64,000 nt of DNA from Ginglymostoma cirratum. Lineage: Eukaryota. This document shows, piece after piece, positions 1 through 11,885 of this stretch. Numbering within the stretch: the stretch's first letter is position 1; every line of letters begins with the position of its first letter. The position numbers and the translations under genes were made by a program. Under the pieces are notes generated by a model. That model did no database searches. It saw nothing but the letters and a program-made list of their open reading frames with translations, and was not told where the DNA came from. The stretch is from positions 14,094,423 through 14,158,422 of the forward strand of contig JAHRHZ010000031.1 of assembly GCA_024137785.1 (NCBI GenBank). The letters are read 5' to 3'.

Positions 1-405
1 CTCTAAAAGGCCATTGACAAATTTGTGGAGTGAGCAGATAGATGGCAGATGCGGTTCAATACAGAAGTGTGAAAAGAACTTTGAAAGACTACAAAATAGG
101 GGGTACAGACCTGAGTCTGTATGTGCACAGATCATTGAAGGTGGGAGGACAAGTGGAGAAAGCAGTTAATAAAGCATACTCATGCTTGCTTAAGTCCATA
201 TAAATGGAGAAATCCGACTTTGAAAGATAGGACCGGCTGTTCCCATTGGAATGGGGAGGCCAAGGAGAAATGTAATTGAAGTGTAACCTACAGCATGATA
301 GAGCAAGATCTGGCAAGTAGTATAGGCTGGACAATTATTTCTTGATTAGCACAGATATGATAGATTATTCGTGGCCTTCTGCTCCACAAATCTTTCATAT
401 TTCTA
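1..405 (+). mobile_element. Degraded CR1-clade LINE 3' fragment
   Basis: Decayed translation IDKFVE*ADRWQMRFN matches the CR1 RT C-terminal L.EWADRWQM.FN motif; CR1-like tail near 370-405. Confidence 0.7.
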
Positions 406-2654
406 TGTGTACAACGTATGTTAACAAATGATTTATTTCTGGTTACCCCCTCCCTGGCAATAATACTAAGTACATGAAGTAATTGATAATTTTCTTCTGA
501 GTTGTTTAAAAAGATCTGGGGTCCTGTGCCTGACTCAGATATTTCACCATAAACTATTGATAATTTAATTGCTCATTCTGTTTCGTTGTGCTCCATCTGG
601 TGGCCTGCCTGAGAAATTGCAAAATTCATTTAATTACAATAAGTGAATTTTACACGATAAATGAGTTTTAATGTTATATTGAAACAGAATTTCAAATTGC
701 TGAATGTATTTTTTGAAAAGGGGTTATAGCACTATATACATGTATACCGCAATACCTTTGCCATTGCAAATGGGAGGAGGTAACGTTTTCACTCCTGCAA
801 ACATGAGCAGAATTTTCCCATTTTTGTTGGAAGTGATGTTTTTGTTTTGTTTTGGGTGGTGACCAACATGCCAGTCCCATTGCTGACAAAACATCCAGTT
901 GCCCACCAAACTCTGTGACAGGTGAGCATTAGAGTTTCCCAGCAAATCACAGACCCTGACATTGGTAACGCGGGTTGGCAAAAAGTGCCAGCCACTCAGA
1001 GGCCAGGAACATCTTGATGCTAACGTTTGCCGGTCCAGGCGAAACTTTGGGGAATCCAGCAGTGAGCAGGCTAATAGTTTTAATTCTTTTCTCTGCTCTT
1101 GGGTGGGCATCATGGGGTGAGATGGGTCAGGGTCAGGCCATCCCTTGTCACTCATCCATGCCCCTGATTGACAATAGATTGGCACAATTCAAGGATCTAC
1201 AAAACTGGCAGGCAGGTGACTCTGGTTTTCTGGTCAAGAAGCAAATTTTTTCAGCTTTGTAGTTACAGCACATCAATGAGGCAAGGAAAAGCGTTAAGGA
1301 AGTGTAAGTTCAATAATAGTGGAGGTATGCATTCCATTGAACGCCCTTTTTCATTTTTTGTTGGGCAATCAGTCTGCTTCCCGAGATTAAGAAGAACCCT
1401 ATCACCACTCATGTTTATTTGAATCTTGATATATTACCCTGCATCCCAACTCTTAATCACACATTCATTAAATCTTGCTTCTCGACCCCACCACTCACCC
1501 TCATTCTGATTAGAAGATTACTGTCTTAGAGCAAGGTAACGGTATGCATCTCCTGTTTAACCCCTCCAACCTGACCCTTTGCACCAAGTCCATTGCATCT
1601 CTATATATCCGTATAAACAATCTATCCATCTTCAACCCTAAACTACTTAGCTACAGTCCTGTTCTCAATCCTTTCATGCTTCCCTCCTCAACAAATTATG
1701 CTTCAGCCTCTTGAGCCCTTGGCTTCACTGGGATAGATTAAGGGTTTCAATTCCTAACCATCTCCTCCATCCCCCACTTCTGTTAACAAGCTTAGTGACC
1801 TTCAGACACTCCTCTTAAAAACTGAACAAGTTTTAACACCATGTACACTCCCAAGAGCAACATTTTCCTACCCCTCCCTAGCACTGAAGAGAGCTTTAAC
1901 TTTCCTCCATTTTGTATCAGTCTAACTCATCCATTGGTTGCCAATCTCATTCTTCTGCTCTGAGTGCAGCTGCCTCCTACTGCTTACCCCAGATCTGCAT
2001 TTCATACCCACAGTAGTCCTGCCTCTCACTGGCTATATTTATTTTCCCCCCGAAAGACTTATTGTCCTAAGGTTCATCCTACCCTCATTAATTGAATGTC
2101 ACCTCCCACATCACTCACTGCAAGAAATCAAAACTATACATGTATTTTTAAAATTGCACTTCTTTTAAATACAAATTTGCACAAAGTGGAGAAAAGCTCC
2201 AATGCAACTGTAAAAATTCAAACAATGTAAGATGACTTTATAGTAGTTTGAGCTTGCAAAGGCTCATGAATAAGATTGAGACCAGTATCCTTTCTTTTTA
2301 GAACACTGAAAACCCAATATTGCTATTATTGTAGCATTACTGCATACTCAAGTGTTGTCTCTCTTAATAAGTACTAATACTAGAGTCCTTACATTAAAAA
2401 ACTTCTTTAGAATAACAATCACATCAATAGTTTGACTTCTTTCCTGTAAATTAGTTCATGTATCTTCATTGAATATGTTTCTTTTTCGAGAGAACAATTC
2501 CCTTTCTGAATTGAAAGGAGAAGAGAATATTTTTATTTGGCATCATATTGATTATTATAAGAATAAAATTTTAAAGATACAAATAAAATTTTGCAGCATT
2601 TTTCTAATGTATATAAATTGTAGTACTCAGTATGATAGTTTTCTTTCCCAAAAG

Positions 2655-2775
2655 GTGTCGATGGATCATTTCTAGCCATTATACCCAGTGTAGCGGGTCA
2701 CCCAACATCGATTACAACAAATGAACTCCATGTTGTCAACAGTCCAAACTCTCCTTTGCCTGACACCAATGAAAG
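2655..2775 (+). CDS. OFD1: OFD1 internal coding exon (equivalent to human exon 17)
   Basis: ttctttcccaaaag| acceptor, |gtaaag donor; 121 bp, phase 1 to 2, open: VDGSFLAIIPSVAGHPTSITTNELHVVNSPNSPLPDTNE(R); splices in frame to 6761. Sequence is divergent, so the call rests on frame continuity and position. Confidence 0.7.
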
Positions 2776-2949
2776 GTAAAGATCCAGATCACTGTGCATA
2801 TCCCTGAAGTCTTTTTATGAACTGTGTAGTGTCTGACAAATAAATTGCGATTCTACTTTTTTAAGCAGTATGAAGCATTTAGGATAATAAATAAATTAAC
2901 TATATACTAAATCTGGCATCTCAGTGTCTGTAATATTTTTATTTAAACA

Positions 2950-4350
2950 TTGTTGGATGGAGTAAAGAAGTCACAACTTTTCTTCTTGTGCTCTTCAGGA
3001 CTGGGACACAAGCAATTAATTTTGGAAAGGCAATAGCAATTCTTACAGCATGAGAAGAGGATACTTATTGATTGGATTGGATCATGAAAATGCAGTAGAA
3101 ATTGTTAGCGGTCAATCTTAGTTAGCGGAGTTAAACTCAGATCAGATGGGTAGACAGTATTTGGTCAGGATGTTGCTATGGGAGCTGTAACATGGTTGGC
3201 AGCTTCCATAAGCTTCTCGTTAATGAGAACGCTGAAATGTATGAACAAATTTATTTTTCCCGCAAAGAATAGGGTCCCATACATGTCCCTTTTATGGTTT
3301 CCTGTATGCTAATTGTTACCCAGTTCAGACGACCAATTGCTGTATATCGCACAAACTCATGTAAGGGCATATGGCTGCCACGTTTGGCCTTGAACAGTGT
3401 CCATTCTACCTCAAATTATCCTGGAAGGAGAAGTTGTCTCAATAATTTGATCAACATATGAAAGTAGCCATCTTTTGCTGCTACTTTGCAGTAAACGCTG
3501 CAGTCAAGCCAAAAAGATGTTTTGTCTACCATACAAATGAGTAATGTGGTGTGGGTTTTAGTGCCAGTGGGATGCCAGGTGTGCAGTCCATTCATCTCAA
3601 TAACTGGCAGACCTTACTTAATAAATATGCATGTTTAACCATTCATAGCAGACTGTGTAATGATTGGATTCAACCAACCCATGCTTGCAAACCTCAAACA
3701 CACTGTCCAATATTCAGTGTGATTCTAAGACCATAAGACATAGGAGTGGAAGTAAGGCCATTCGGCCCATCGAGTCTACTCCGCCATTTAATCATGGCTG
3801 ATGGGCATTTCAACTCCACTTACCCGCACTCTCCCCCCCGCCCCCCCCATAGCCCTTGATTCCTTGCGAGATCAAGGACTTATCAATCTCTGTCTTGAGT
3901 TATAAATTCTGATAGGAGATGACATTTGCAGAATTCTGACTGCTGAGAATTACGTCGGCAGTCAAGTTCAGATTATCAGTGTGTCAGTGTGATTCAATAA
4001 AGCATACTAGAAGCTGCATCTGTTCGCACTCAGCAGTCTGTTCCCTTTAGGCAAAAGGAATTTGTGTATACATTATACCTTTCTTATTAAGTACAGGATT
4101 ATGAAAACTTTTAACTCCTGCTGCAGTACCCTGATCAGTCAAAGTCTGCCTGCCTGCTCAGAGTTGAATCAGCTAACAAAGATTGGTAGTTTAACAGTTC
4201 CTGCTGTATCTCCATGCCAATCATGGTCCAAACAATCAATACCTTCTTCTCATGCTGTATAAACTGTTGCTCCCTTTCTAAATTTGGTTTCTTGCGTTTT
4301 CGTCCTAACGTGTATAAGATGCAAAGCTTCAACTTTGTCTCTTTTTGCAA
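2950..4350 (+). mobile_element. Penelope-like element remnant (RT thumb plus GIY-YIG) with an inverted terminal repeat upstream
   Basis: Decayed reading ATFGLEQCPFYLKLSWKEKLSQ ... SSQKDVLSTIQMSNVV ... QPTHACKPQ ... CDS ... RQKEFVYTL is typical of PLE GIY-YIG ORFs. 2950-3080 is an inverted copy of the terminal repeat; a CR1-type tail interrupts it at 3727-3900. Confidence 0.7.
3727..3900 (-). mobile_element. CR1/HER1-type 3' tail nested in the Penelope remnant
   Basis: taagaccataagacataggag...aggccattcggcccatcgag, the short tandem-repeat tail typical of shark CR1. Confidence 0.75.
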
Positions 4351-4689
4351 GATTTAACGTCTGTACTACCAAACAATTATATTTTTGTCTATTTGTTCAT
4401 GGGATGATAGCATTGCTGGCAAAGTCAGCATTCATTGACTGTCCTTGATGCTGCTTAGAATGTGAAATTGAGCTTTTTTTTTTGAAAACCACCTGATGTA
4501 GGTGCATTCACAATGATGAGAGGAGGAATTTTAAGGAACTTGAACCAGCCACAGTGAGGGAACGTGATGATAATGTGCCAAGTCCACCTACCATGTGTTT
4601 ACTTTTATTTGAGGAGGTGGGGGTGGCAGTCCTGAATGAACAATGATACAAAGAGCAATGCTCTTGGTCCAACTTTATTTAGCTACTAC

Positions 4690-5735
4690 ATTCTTTATCT
4701 TCACTCAATCATGAGGTCAGAATTCGGGCTGCTTGATTGCACAGTGTTGATTTCATTTGCAACTCATAGGTACAGACTGCTTCAGTGTCTAGCATGGAGC
4801 AAAATATAGACAATATTCAGGCTTGAAAGAATGAATCTAAAGTAACATCTGTTGTAACACAGATGGCAGGCAATCACTATCTCCATCAAGAGAGACTCTG
4901 ATCACCTTCCACTGACATTCAATACTATTAGCATCGTCACCTCAAAATCAACATAGTGGAAGTCCTCACTAGCCAGTAAATAATGGGACCACAAATGCAC
5001 ACACTATCATTCATAGGGCAGTCAGAAGATGGATGTTCTTTGGAATTGCTCACTTCCTAATTCCCCAGAGCCTTTCCACCATCTCAAATGCACAAGTCAG
5101 AAAGCCCTCATTTCCTGAATGAACAGTTTGAACAACATAAAGCTCAAACATCATCTGTAATAAAATAGCTTGTATGTATGACACCCCATTCATCAAGAGA
5201 ATAGTGGTATTATTGCTAGATTGTTACTCCAGAGACTCGGGTAATATTCTGGAGATCCTGGTTTGAATCCCACCATGGCAGATGGTGGAGTTTGAATTCA
5301 TTAAAAATCTGGAATTAAAAGTCTAATGATGACCGTGAATCCATTGTCGACTGTCACAAAAACCTAGCTGGTGCACTAACATCCTTTATGGACGGAAACT
5401 GTCATCCTTACCTGGTTTGGCCAACATGTGACTCTAGACCACAGCAATATAGGCAATAAGAGGTTGTCAATCAATGCTGGCCTAGCCAGCAACGCCCTCA
5501 TCCCATGAATGAATTTTAAAAAAAGAACATTACTATCTCTCTTTAAATAACACACCATCCTAATTTCTAAATATATTGATGGTCTTTCATTGTTGCTGGG
5601 TGAAAATGCAGGATTTATTTTCTACCGTCATCACACAGACAGGGCCATTTAAAGAAGTGGGTGTCCAGCTCTTTCTCTGGGACAATAAATTCTGGCATTG
5701 CTACTGACCTCTATATCTCCTGAATGAGCCTATAT
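4690..5735 (+). mobile_element. Degraded L2/CR1-group LINE 3' portion with a SINE inserted at 5200-5527
   Basis: Decayed MEQNIDNIQA...QAITISIKRDSDHLPLTFN...LIPQSLSTI; its tail (5670-5730) resembles the tail of SINE family B. Related fragments at about 4390-4590 (-) and 20195-20450 (+). Confidence 0.6.
5200..5527 (+). mobile_element. tRNA-headed SINE, family B (CTGGCCTACATGTGACTCCAGA core)
   Basis: A-box TAGTGG, B-box-like GTTTGAATCCC, 3' tail GCCAGCAACGCCCTCATCCCATGAATGAA plus A-run; five copies in the window. Confidence 0.85.
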
Positions 5736-5959
5736 TATTGGAAGCAGTTTTCTTGTTTATTAGCTGTAATTCTTGTAGTTATGGCTGAAATATCTGAGCA
5801 AGTGAGCCAGATGTGCACAAAAATTGACCTTTTTCCTTCCCCCAAGAGCCCCTTGAATAGGATTAGCTTAGCACACAAGATAATTGAGTAAAAGTTGTTT
5901 CCAGTTGCAGATTCATGCCTAATTTTGATGCTATTTAGGGTTTGAAATTTTATAATTAC

Positions 5960-6210
5960 ATTGGCAATCATAAATTGGTTGTCAGTTGGGCTCATACTGT
6001 GGCAAACGTGCACACACTGGAAGATACGTGCATTAATACGTGTGTACACTCACTACACCTGTTTAATTGAATAAAATAGACAATAACCATTTTCTTATTC
6101 ATTCCTGAGGGCAATGCCTTGATCAAGCAGTGTCAACTTGCTCGGTTTAAATTTAAACAAAGTTAGGCAGTTAAATGTCAGTCATCATTTAACTGATGCA
6201 TTGTTCTCAG
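5960..6210 (+). mobile_element. Penelope-like 3' fragment
   Basis: Aligns by eye with the 3950-4200 and 32850-33110 copies (ggcaatgccttg...ggtttaaatttaaacaa). Confidence 0.6.
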
Positions 6211-6760
6211 TTCCTGGGAAAGTTAGAACCAGGGGTGGCAGACTAGTCTGCAGATTACTGGTACCAGTTATGTTACTGTGCCACCTCAATCAGGCATGAC
6301 TCAAGAAAGGAAACTTCAGAATGTTGTTATGATAGAATGCACTGAAAACCCTTAATATCACCAATAGACCTGTTCAACAGTATCAGTCTTTTTTATGCTG
6401 GTGTCCATTTGATTTTGATTTTATTCTTCAGTTCTTCTGCACAATATTACTTAACGTAATAAATTTGGTCCAGTGTTTCTCAATACTCTGCTTCATAGGT
6501 ATCTGTAGTTTTAGTGACCTGAATTTTTACTTCATTCAAGTGCTCTGTTTCAAATCCACAATTGATAATGAAATTAAAATCTTTCCAATTATTTTCTGAA
6601 TTCAGTTAACATTTTGTACAATATGAGCACAATTTTTCACTGTAAAAGAAAAAAAGAGGAAGATAAATCCTTGATATATTACTTTTGGGCAAATATATTT
6701 CTGTTTTGAAAGCAGTAAACATCTTGTATCACTTAGCTTTTTCTTTCTATGTATATCCAG

Positions 6761-6861
6761 ATCTGAAAATACTCCAGTAGACCGTCTTGTATCTTGTGAA
6801 TCTTCAACAAATCAAAGGTTTGAAGAACTGATTGAGCAGTCAGATGACCATTTTGAAATTG
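6761..6861 (+). CDS. OFD1: OFD1 internal coding exon (equivalent to human exon 18)
   Basis: ttctttctatgtatatccag| acceptor, |gtaagc donor; 101 bp, phase 2 to 1: SENTPVDRLVSCESSTNQRFEELIEQSDDHFEI(E); in frame with both neighbours. Confidence 0.8.
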
Positions 6862-7293
6862 GTAAGCTAAATCTAGAGCTGCAAAAATATTAACTGTTCT
6901 CATCATTGGTAAAGATAAAATAAAAAATCCTAAGTATGAATTCAAAAACTGAAAATGCAGATCTGATAAGTAGGCATTTTAAAGTCAAAAGATGATATTT
7001 CAGATTGAGACGCTTGAACAGAATTGAAATAAAAAGGCAAATATGTCATTGGGCTAATTACAGAAAATTGGAGGGAAGAAAAGGACCAATTAGAATTCAA
7101 GCAACTTGATACTTTTAAACCAAGAACTAGTTAATGCATATAATTGCCTGCAACTAGATTTTTAAAATGGTTGAAACATGGAGGAAACTGCTGTCCATTA
7201 CACAAAGATCTTCAGTCAGTTTGTGAAAGAGAAAGGCAGACAATTAGCTAAATGTGCAAGGAATCACACTGTGAGTGTTCGAAAGTAGTAGTA

Positions 7294-7408
7294 GGGGTCT
7301 TGTAGTGCTGTGGTAGAGTCCCTGCTGAGTCAGGAGACCCAGGTTCAAGTCTCACTTGCTCCAGAGGTTTGTAATGACATCTCTGAACAAGTTGATTAGA
7401 AATATCTA
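7294..7408 (+). mobile_element. Short tRNA-derived SINE, family C, with 10-bp flanking direct repeat
   Basis: B-box GGTTCAAGTC; agtagtaggg at 7287-7296 and 7412-7421; related copies at about 15598-15670 and 16085-16200. Confidence 0.75.
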
Positions 7409-8004
7409 GGAAGTAGTAGGGAAATCATGAGGCAGATAAAGGCTGAGCTTTTCCTATCTGTAGAACACCATAATAAGTATGAAATAGTTTTATTAATGGA
7501 AATTAATTACTATGTTCAGCAGTAAGAAGGCCAAGGATGCAAAAGTCAAAATAAGAATATGGTACTAGGAGTAGATATACATTAAATTGCAAATTTTATA
7601 ACCAGTGTTTGCTGATTTATTTGCAACTTTTCACTTATTAAATCTAAATGTACAAATTATTATATTGTAGTTTGTTCTGTGAGAAGAATAGTAAACTGGG
7701 GCTGTTGAGTCATGCGTTGGGTGTAGATAAAGAAAATATTTCAAATGTTTTTTCTGTTCTTTTAAGAAGTATTCCTTTTCCTACATGAAGCTCTAGAGGT
7801 ACAGAATGTCTGTGAGGCTAAGATTGAATCTTGTAACCCCTTGATAATCTCAGCTCGGAACTGAAGCTATGGGAATAACTGCATTGTAAATATATAATTG
7901 TGAAGGAATAATAAATGCAAACCCAAATGTGCCACTGTTAAAACTGCAGACATTTGAGAACGTTAAAAGGGTAATACTGTGATGATAAATATTCAGAGAT
8001 ATTT

Positions 8005-9630
8005 CATAGAACATAGAACAGTACAGCACAGTACAGGCCCTTCGGCCCACAATGTTGTGCCGAACTTTTACCCTAATCCTAAGGTCTATCTAACCTCTGC
8101 CCCTACCTTATATTATCATCCATATACCTATCAGTAGCTGCTTAAATGCCCCTAACGAGGCTGACTCCACTACCCTCTCTGGCAATGCATTCCAAGCCCC
8201 TACCACTCTCTGAGTAAAGAACCTACCTCTGACATCTCCCTTATATCTACCTCCACTCACTTTAAAACTATGCCCCCTCGTAATAGCTACCTCCACCCTA
8301 GGAAAAAGTCTCTGGCAGTCTACACTGTCTATATCTCTGATCATTTTGTACACCTCTATCAATGTCACCTCATCCTTCGTTGTTCTAAAGAGAAAAGCCC
8401 TAACTCTCTCAACCTTTCCTCGTAAGACCTTCCCTCCATTCCAGGCAACATCCTGGTAAATCTCCTCTGCACCTTTTCCAACGCTTCCACATCTTTCCTG
8501 TAATGAGGCGACCAGAACTGGACACAATACTCCAGATCTGGCCGAACCAGGCTTCCCGGGGGACTTATCTATCTTCAACCTCCTCAAAATTCCTAGTACA
8601 CCTTCCTTACTAACATCGACCTCCTCTAGCCTACCAGCTTGTTTCACACTGTTCTCCTCTACAACTAGGTCCCTCTCAGCTGTGAATACTGAAGAAAAAT
8701 ATTCATTAAGGACCTCTCCTATCTCTTTAGGCTCCGTGCACAAATTCCCTTTACAATCCTTGATCGGCCCTACCCTTTCTCTGGTCATTCTCTTATTCCT
8801 CACGTATGTGTAAAAAGTCGTGGAGATTTCCATGATCCTATCTGCCAAGGTTTTCTCATGCCCCCTTATAGCTCTCCTAAGCCCTTTCTTCAGCTTCTTC
8901 CTGGATAACTTGTATCCCTCTGGAGCCTTTTTCATTCCTTGTTTCCTAAACCTTACGTAAGCATCCTTCTTCCTCTTAACCAGTCGTTTGACCTCTCTTG
9001 AGAACCAAGGCTCCCTCACTCGACCACATCTTCCCTGCCTGCTAGGGACAAACATATCGAGCACACGCAGTAAACAATCTCCACATTTCAATAGGGCTCT
9101 TCCCTGACAGCATCTGTTCCCATTTTATGTTACCCAGTTCTTGCCTAACAGAATTGTAATTACCCTTCCCCCAATTACAAACCTTACCCTGCTGTACGTA
9201 CCTATCCTTTTCCATGACTATTGTAAAAGTAACAGAGTTATGATCGTTACTGCCAAAATGCTCTCCTACCAACAGGTCATTGCCAAGTACCAAATCCAAA
9301 GTGGCCTCTCTTCTCGTTGGTCTATCTACATACTGTGTCAAGAATCCTTCCTGAATGCACTGGACAAAATCCACTCCATCTAAACTATTACAACTAAAAT
9401 GTTTCCAATCAATATTTGGAAAGTTGAAGTCACCCATGACTACAACCCTGTGATTCTGCACCTTTCCAGTATCTGCCTCCCAATCCGCTCCTCTACTTCT
9501 CTGCAACTACTGGGGGTCTGTTTTAAAAAAAAAACTCCAACAAAGTGACTGCTCCTTTCTTGTTCCGGACCACAACCCAAACTGACTCTGTAGACCTATC
9601 ATTCTCGAACTGCCTTCCAGTAGCTGCTAA
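8005..9630 (-). mobile_element. CR1/HER1-type LINE, 5'-truncated, RT core deleted
   Basis: ORFs 9042-9506 (VVMGDFNFPNIDW, PTR..ATLDLVL, SNDHN: APE endonuclease) and 8108-9091 (LNEYFSSVFT, KSPG, TRGH.FK, FFTQRVV..WN.LP); tandem-repeat tail at 8005-8035. Confidence 0.95.
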
Positions 9631-9925
9631 GCTCCAGCTATAAAAAATGTAGATGTTAACTCTGACTATAAAGAGTATAATTCATTTTTTAATTTCTTAG
9701 GCAGTTAAAAATTTGAGATATTTTTTCTGGTCAGAGATTTATTGAGGATTAAAATGCAACTCTTGTTTGAGAAAGCAATAGGAAATGGAGCTTTTAATGA
9801 ATAAGAATCTGGCCAGAGACAATATATGATCAATAATGTGTTGATATTGATTAGTCCTGTTTTATTGTCTTTTTTTTAAAATTTCATTGTTAACATCAAA
9901 AAGGCTTATTGCTTAATTCTTACAG

Positions 9926-10042
9926 AGCAAGAAGGCAATCTAACCCTTAACAAAAATTTGTCCCAGCACTCGGGGGAAGATGTTAATCGAGGATCTGTTT
10001 CTTCATTAGACCAAGAAGCAATTTTAAATCCTGCAGATACAG
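9926..10042 (+). CDS. OFD1: OFD1 internal coding exon (equivalent to human exon 19)
   Basis: ttcttacag| acceptor, |gtgtgt donor; 117 bp, phase 1 to 1: QEGNLTLNKNLSQHSGEDVNRGSVSSLDQEAILNPADT; open and in frame. Confidence 0.72.
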
Positions 10043-11050
10043 GTGTGTTTGCTACCATTATGTGATAAGTCGCATGAGAGTGTAGGCTATTGTATTCACT
10101 TTTGGGAAATTGCTATAAAATTATTTTGTTTTCTAAGAATTTAATTTTAAAGTTTGCCTTGGTCAATATGTATTGATGGTATTATTATTCCTGTGATATA
10201 AATTTGTTATAAATGGTGATGAACAGTGTTGATTTTTGTCTGTTTACCTTCATGTGCAAATAGAGCAATTTAGTTTTTCACAGGGTAGGAGAAATCATCT
10301 GGAACTATTGGAATCAGTTCAGTTCTCAGTCTGTAGCAGGAGATCTGAAAATTGGGTGAGCAGGTCTTGGATAGATTTTACCTGAAATCCTTCTGATTCG
10401 GATTTTTGAACAGGCCTCCTTTCACGTCCTAGTCTGCTTAAGCACCTCATATGATAACAAACTAAATACAAGCAATAATGGTTAAATCTTTACCAATGCC
10501 AGGCATATTGGCTAAATTCTTCTGTTTTGCTTTCAAGACCTAATTTGAATGGATACAATCAAAATTCCACGTGTGACTGAATTCTTAGACTGAAATATGC
10601 TTTGGTTATTTTGGTTTACAATGTTTGCAGCAATACTTTAATGTTAAAACAGACTTTTTTTCTGTGTTTAATATTTTAGTTTTTGTTTACATTTTGGAAG
10701 ACAAATTTTACTTGCTTACTGGTGAGCTTTTAAAAGTTCCAAAAAACATCCAATAAGTTCCTGGAATGGATTGAAAGTGGAGAAATACAGGGCTTCAGAT
10801 TTGGAATAAAAGAGTGCACGTGAAAAGGAAATCTTAGAATAATAAGAAGTCTTTCAAATTTCAAAGAATTCAGACAAACTGCAAAACTCCTTGACAGGAT
10901 AAATGAAGTTAAATTTCTTGATAACTGTTGGTTTGAATTTAATGCTCGAGGTTGAAGATGAAAGAAAGCGGGCTAAATCGATGAATGGAACTTAAGCTAC
11001 ACTGTCCACACTAGCCATTATGCCACACACCTCTAGCCACCTAATGATAA

Positions 11051-11353
11051 GGGGGTGGGGTACGGTGGTTCGCACTGCTGCCTCACAGCGCCAGGGACAC
11101 GGGTTCAGTTCCACCCTCGGGCAACTGTCTGTGTGGAGTTTGCACATTCTCTCTAGTGTCTGTGTGGGTTTCCTCCGGGTACTCCGGTTTCCTCCCACAG
11201 TCCAAAGATGTGCAGGCTAGGTGGATTGGCCATGCTAAATTGCTAAGTGTTCAGGGATGTGTAGATTGGATGGGTTTGGGTGGGTGCTCTGAGGGATGGT
11301 GTGGACTTGTTGGGTTGAAGGGCCTGTGTCCACACTGTAAGGATTCTATGATA
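11051..11353 (+). mobile_element. HE1-type V-SINE
   Basis: tRNA-like head, V-domain GTCTGTGTGGAGTTTGCAC..CTCCGGTTTCCTCCCACAGTCCAAAGA, CR1/HER1-like tail. Confidence 0.92.
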
Positions 11354-11800
11354 ACTGAACACAGCAGCTTCCGCAACCAATGAGTTAACAAGGATCTAGC
11401 TGCAAGGCTTAGCATCCACTGCAAGAAAATCTTCAACGTAGACATGGTATTATGCATGGCAGATGAGGTTACCATTGTTCTCTATTTTCTGCTCATTAGC
11501 TATTCTCAGACCATGAGGGCTGTCAGTTAATGAGATAGGTACTGACCACACCCAACCAGCTCATTGCTTGCAAAACTCAAAACAAAACAGGAGGCAAAAT
11601 TTTTCCACACCCTGAACACTTGGGCATTGGCAAGTCTGTTAGGAGAATATTGAGCGATTGGAAAAGTTAGATTCTAGACATTGAAAGGAAAAATGTCCAA
11701 TTTTAAACCAACATTTGAGCAGCGATACAAGAATCTCGATAGTGAGTGGGGAGAGGTCTATTTGCATCATATTACATTTCCTAATCTTACCTCATTTATA

Positions 11801-11885
11801 TGTCCAGACCCGAAACGTCAGCTTTCCTGCTCCTGTGATGTTGCTTGGCCTGCTGTGTTGATCCAGCTCTGCACCTTGTTATCTC
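11801..11885 (+). mobile_element. Short Penelope terminal-repeat insertion with 10-bp TSD
   Basis: gacccGAAACGTCagc...gcttggcctgctgtgttgatccagctc; ctcatttata at 11791-11800 and 11883-11892. Confidence 0.75.

Noticed and set aside
724-1185. 153-aa ORF and similar ORFs (30962, 47991, 50839, 52510, 55965, 58339, 61093, 63298)
   Set aside because: No recognisable domains or splice context; lengths are within chance expectation or the ORFs overlap repeat debris.
2999-3060. Apparent acceptor ttttcttcttgtgctcttcag| suggesting an extra OFD1 exon
   Set aside because: It is the inverted Penelope terminal repeat; no donor is evident, and exons 2655-2775 and 6761-6861 already join in frame.
11051-11125. 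tRNA-like A and B boxes (also at 7294, 16085, 42782, 45349)
   Set aside because: These are SINE heads continuing into SINE bodies, with no complete cloverleaf.
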